Shown here: piece after piece, positions 61,800 to 64,000 of the stretch
Layout of the letters: every line of letters starts with the position of its first letter
Numbering within the stretch: position 1 is the first letter of the stretch
Assembly: GCA_951406725.2 (NCBI GenBank)
Contig: OX597817.1
Span: 111,910,001 to 111,974,000, forward strand
DNA length: 64,000 bases
Origin: Octopus vulgaris
Taxonomy: Eukaryota
Direction: 5' to 3'
Program-made: the position numbers and the translations under genes
The notes under the pieces: model-generated
Told to the model about the DNA's origin: nothing
Databases searched by the model: none
What the model saw: the letters and a program-made list of their open reading frames with translations, nothing else

Positions 61800-62610
61800 A
61801 TTTTGGCTACTCCACAACAGATATAATTTGTAGCTGACCTTGAAACATTCTTGGCATGAAGGTATTCAACCACATTTGGCATGCAAATCTCCTGGTAAAG
61901 CTGTTCCCTATGGACTCCAACCATGTCACATTTCTTAGACTAGTGGCTTCTAGTACATTGTGTGTTGATGGAGTTTGTTGTAACTCACACTCAACTTTGC
62001 AGTACTTCAAGGCTTGGTTTTGACCCTCCCTCATACTCTGTCTCCTATACATCAAGGATCTGTATATCACCTCCAGTGCCCACTCATACATGGATGATAC
62101 CACACTTCATTCTTCCACATGCAACCTGGACATCTAACATCAATCCTGTGCTGATTCCATAAACAGAAACCTTGAAAACATCTTCCAATGGAATGATGCC
62201 AGTCTTGTCTCCGTCAGCAACACAAAAACATGCTCATTATACATATCAAGAAAACATTATTGCTTCCCACTCCTAAACATGAACAGTATGCAACTAGAAG
62301 TCAGGGTTGGAAAATATTTCATACCCCCATCTACAGCTAACCTTCTATGAAGGTCATGTGGGATCCATATTGGAGTACTGCTCTCACATTTGGGATGATA
62401 CTGCTGCTGCCACACACACATACATCCCCGATGCGTGTACAAAGAAAGGTTGCTTGTTTCTTTGGAATAAACTCAACACCATAGTACAACCCCTAACACA
62501 TCTCTTCTTTCTGATCCTCAGAGATGGCTGGTCTAATGCTAACTCTGCTCTGGGACTTCTGACTCATTGTCCAATATATTTGGCCCATACTAACTTCTAC
62601 ATCTAGTTCA
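61800..62610 (+). mobile_element. Degraded LINE (CR1/Jockey-group-like RT)
   Basis: LLYIKDL..HSYMDDTTL and YEGHVGSILEYCSHIWD. Confidence 0.7.
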
Positions 62611-62879
62611 TCAGAATGTGGAACCTCTGGAATTCTCACTCTGCATATATTTTCTCGGCATCTGTTCAAGTTAAACTTGAAATGCATGGATATCTCAGGT
62701 CTAGGAGAGCATGCAAAAGTCACTGGCAAAATAGTTTCTTGTAGACCAATCTAATAAAAAGAAAAGCTTTTAATAAATGCAAGTTTTAGAAGAGAAAGAA
62801 GGGTTTTTGATTTTATTTCTAGAGTTTCATAAAATATTTCATATAGATTTTGTTAAGGTCAATTTACAATTCAACTTAC

Positions 62880-62943
62880 GGATTATTGACAGAATGTTTG
62901 TGATTTTTCCATGCAACTTTAGCAAAATGATGTTTTGTAGTTC
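62880..62943 (-). CDS. SCP2: SCP2/SCPx coding exon (first in window; upstream exons lie beyond 64000)
   Basis: ttttag|GA ACT ... AAT CC|gtaag; 64 nt; (G)TTKHHFAKVAWKNHKHSVNN(P), matching SCPx thiolase HFAKIGWKNHKHSVNNP. Confidence 0.95.
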
Positions 62944-64000
62944 CTAAAAGTACAAACAATGAATAACAAAACATTTTAAGTGTCTTTAAAACAATGAAAT
63001 ATGTTGTGTACAACTTTCTTATTAAAAGAAATAATTATTGGATGAGAAAAGAATTTATGAAGAAATGAAATAGGGAGAGAAGAATTAAATTTAATAATCA
63101 TGTTGTTAGATGTACAATGGATGGTTAAGATGTAGATCAAGAGTTCAAACTTCACACACAACAGATAATACAATATAGCATCATTTTATTTACACAACTT
63201 GCATTAGTTAACCTAGGTTGAAGTAGGTTCCACTTGATAGTGGAACTGAAAATGGTCATGAGTGTAAAGGTGTGTGGCCAAGTATTTAAGGTAGAAAGCT
63301 CATGATTGTGAAATTGTGGTTTTGAGTCCTGGACTTGATGATGCATTGTGTAATTAAACATGGTTTTTTTAATTCATGTTGCAGCAGACTGCTCAGATAA
63401 AATAAGTACCAGCCAAGTGCTGGTGTAACCCTCTTTCTCTTCTATTGTCCCAAACTTGAAGTTCTACTGGGTTAATGGTAGGAAGCAACAAAACAATGCC
63501 TATGTCTGCTTACAACTACATAGGAACCTAAAACAATTAGCAAGCACATGATAGATGCTATCAAGTCGTACAGGGGACTATGATTTATGCAAAACATTGC
63601 TTCATTAATTATTGCAGTTTTTTCAGAACCTCCCAACAAATAGAATTTAAAATATCTGATAAAGCTCAAATCGATTATCTAAACAAGATACAATATCTTT
63701 CTTTATTAGGTCTTTTTTATTTTTTAGCAGTAAAATACATGTTCTATTTGCATTTCATATGCTAACCATCATAATGCATGCTTTTATGTTAGATGTAAAA
63801 CCTTAAGGAAAAAAAAAGTGGTAGTAGTAATTAATAATAAAACAAAAACGACAATCAATTTCATGTCAGCTTGACATGCCATTTTAAAATCTACAGCAAC
63901 TAAGTATATTAGGTTCACTCTCAAATCTAAGTGCAGTTTAAAACAAAATATGAAGGAAAGTAGACAAAATTATTTATTGTAAAAGAAAGTTTAGTTACAT

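Overview
AT-rich, repeat-dense animal genomic DNA. The repeat repertoire (RTE LINEs with (GAT)n tails, several tRNA-derived SINEs, long (TA)n/(CA)n/(GA)n tracts) suggests a cephalopod such as Octopus; this is inference only. The one host gene I can support is SCP2/SCPx (peroxisomal thiolase plus sterol carrier protein 2) on the minus strand. Eleven coding exons run from 62943 down to the stop at 17060, all with GT-AG introns and matching phases. They give 1115 nt (about 370 aa) with HDCF and GHP thiolase motifs and a C-terminal SKL (PTS1). The 5' exons lie beyond the window. The rest is mostly transposable elements: RTE and CR1-type LINEs, mariner/Tc1, Chapaev3-like, piggyBac, Helitrons, MITEs and SINEs. 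Most ORF-track entries are microsatellite or antisense artefacts. The most unusual signal is a set of short non-coding, often palindromic insertions carrying type I hammerhead-ribozyme-like cores. One has all core motifs (16095-16151). Two others are joined to tRNA-derived Pol III heads, one of them with a 13-bp target-site duplication. These look like Penelope-dependent SINE/retrozyme-like elements. There is also a ~490-nt imperfect hairpin downstream of the SCP2 stop and an H-to-Q change in the SCPx QHN motif. TE boundaries were read by eye and are approximate unless a TIR or TSD is cited.
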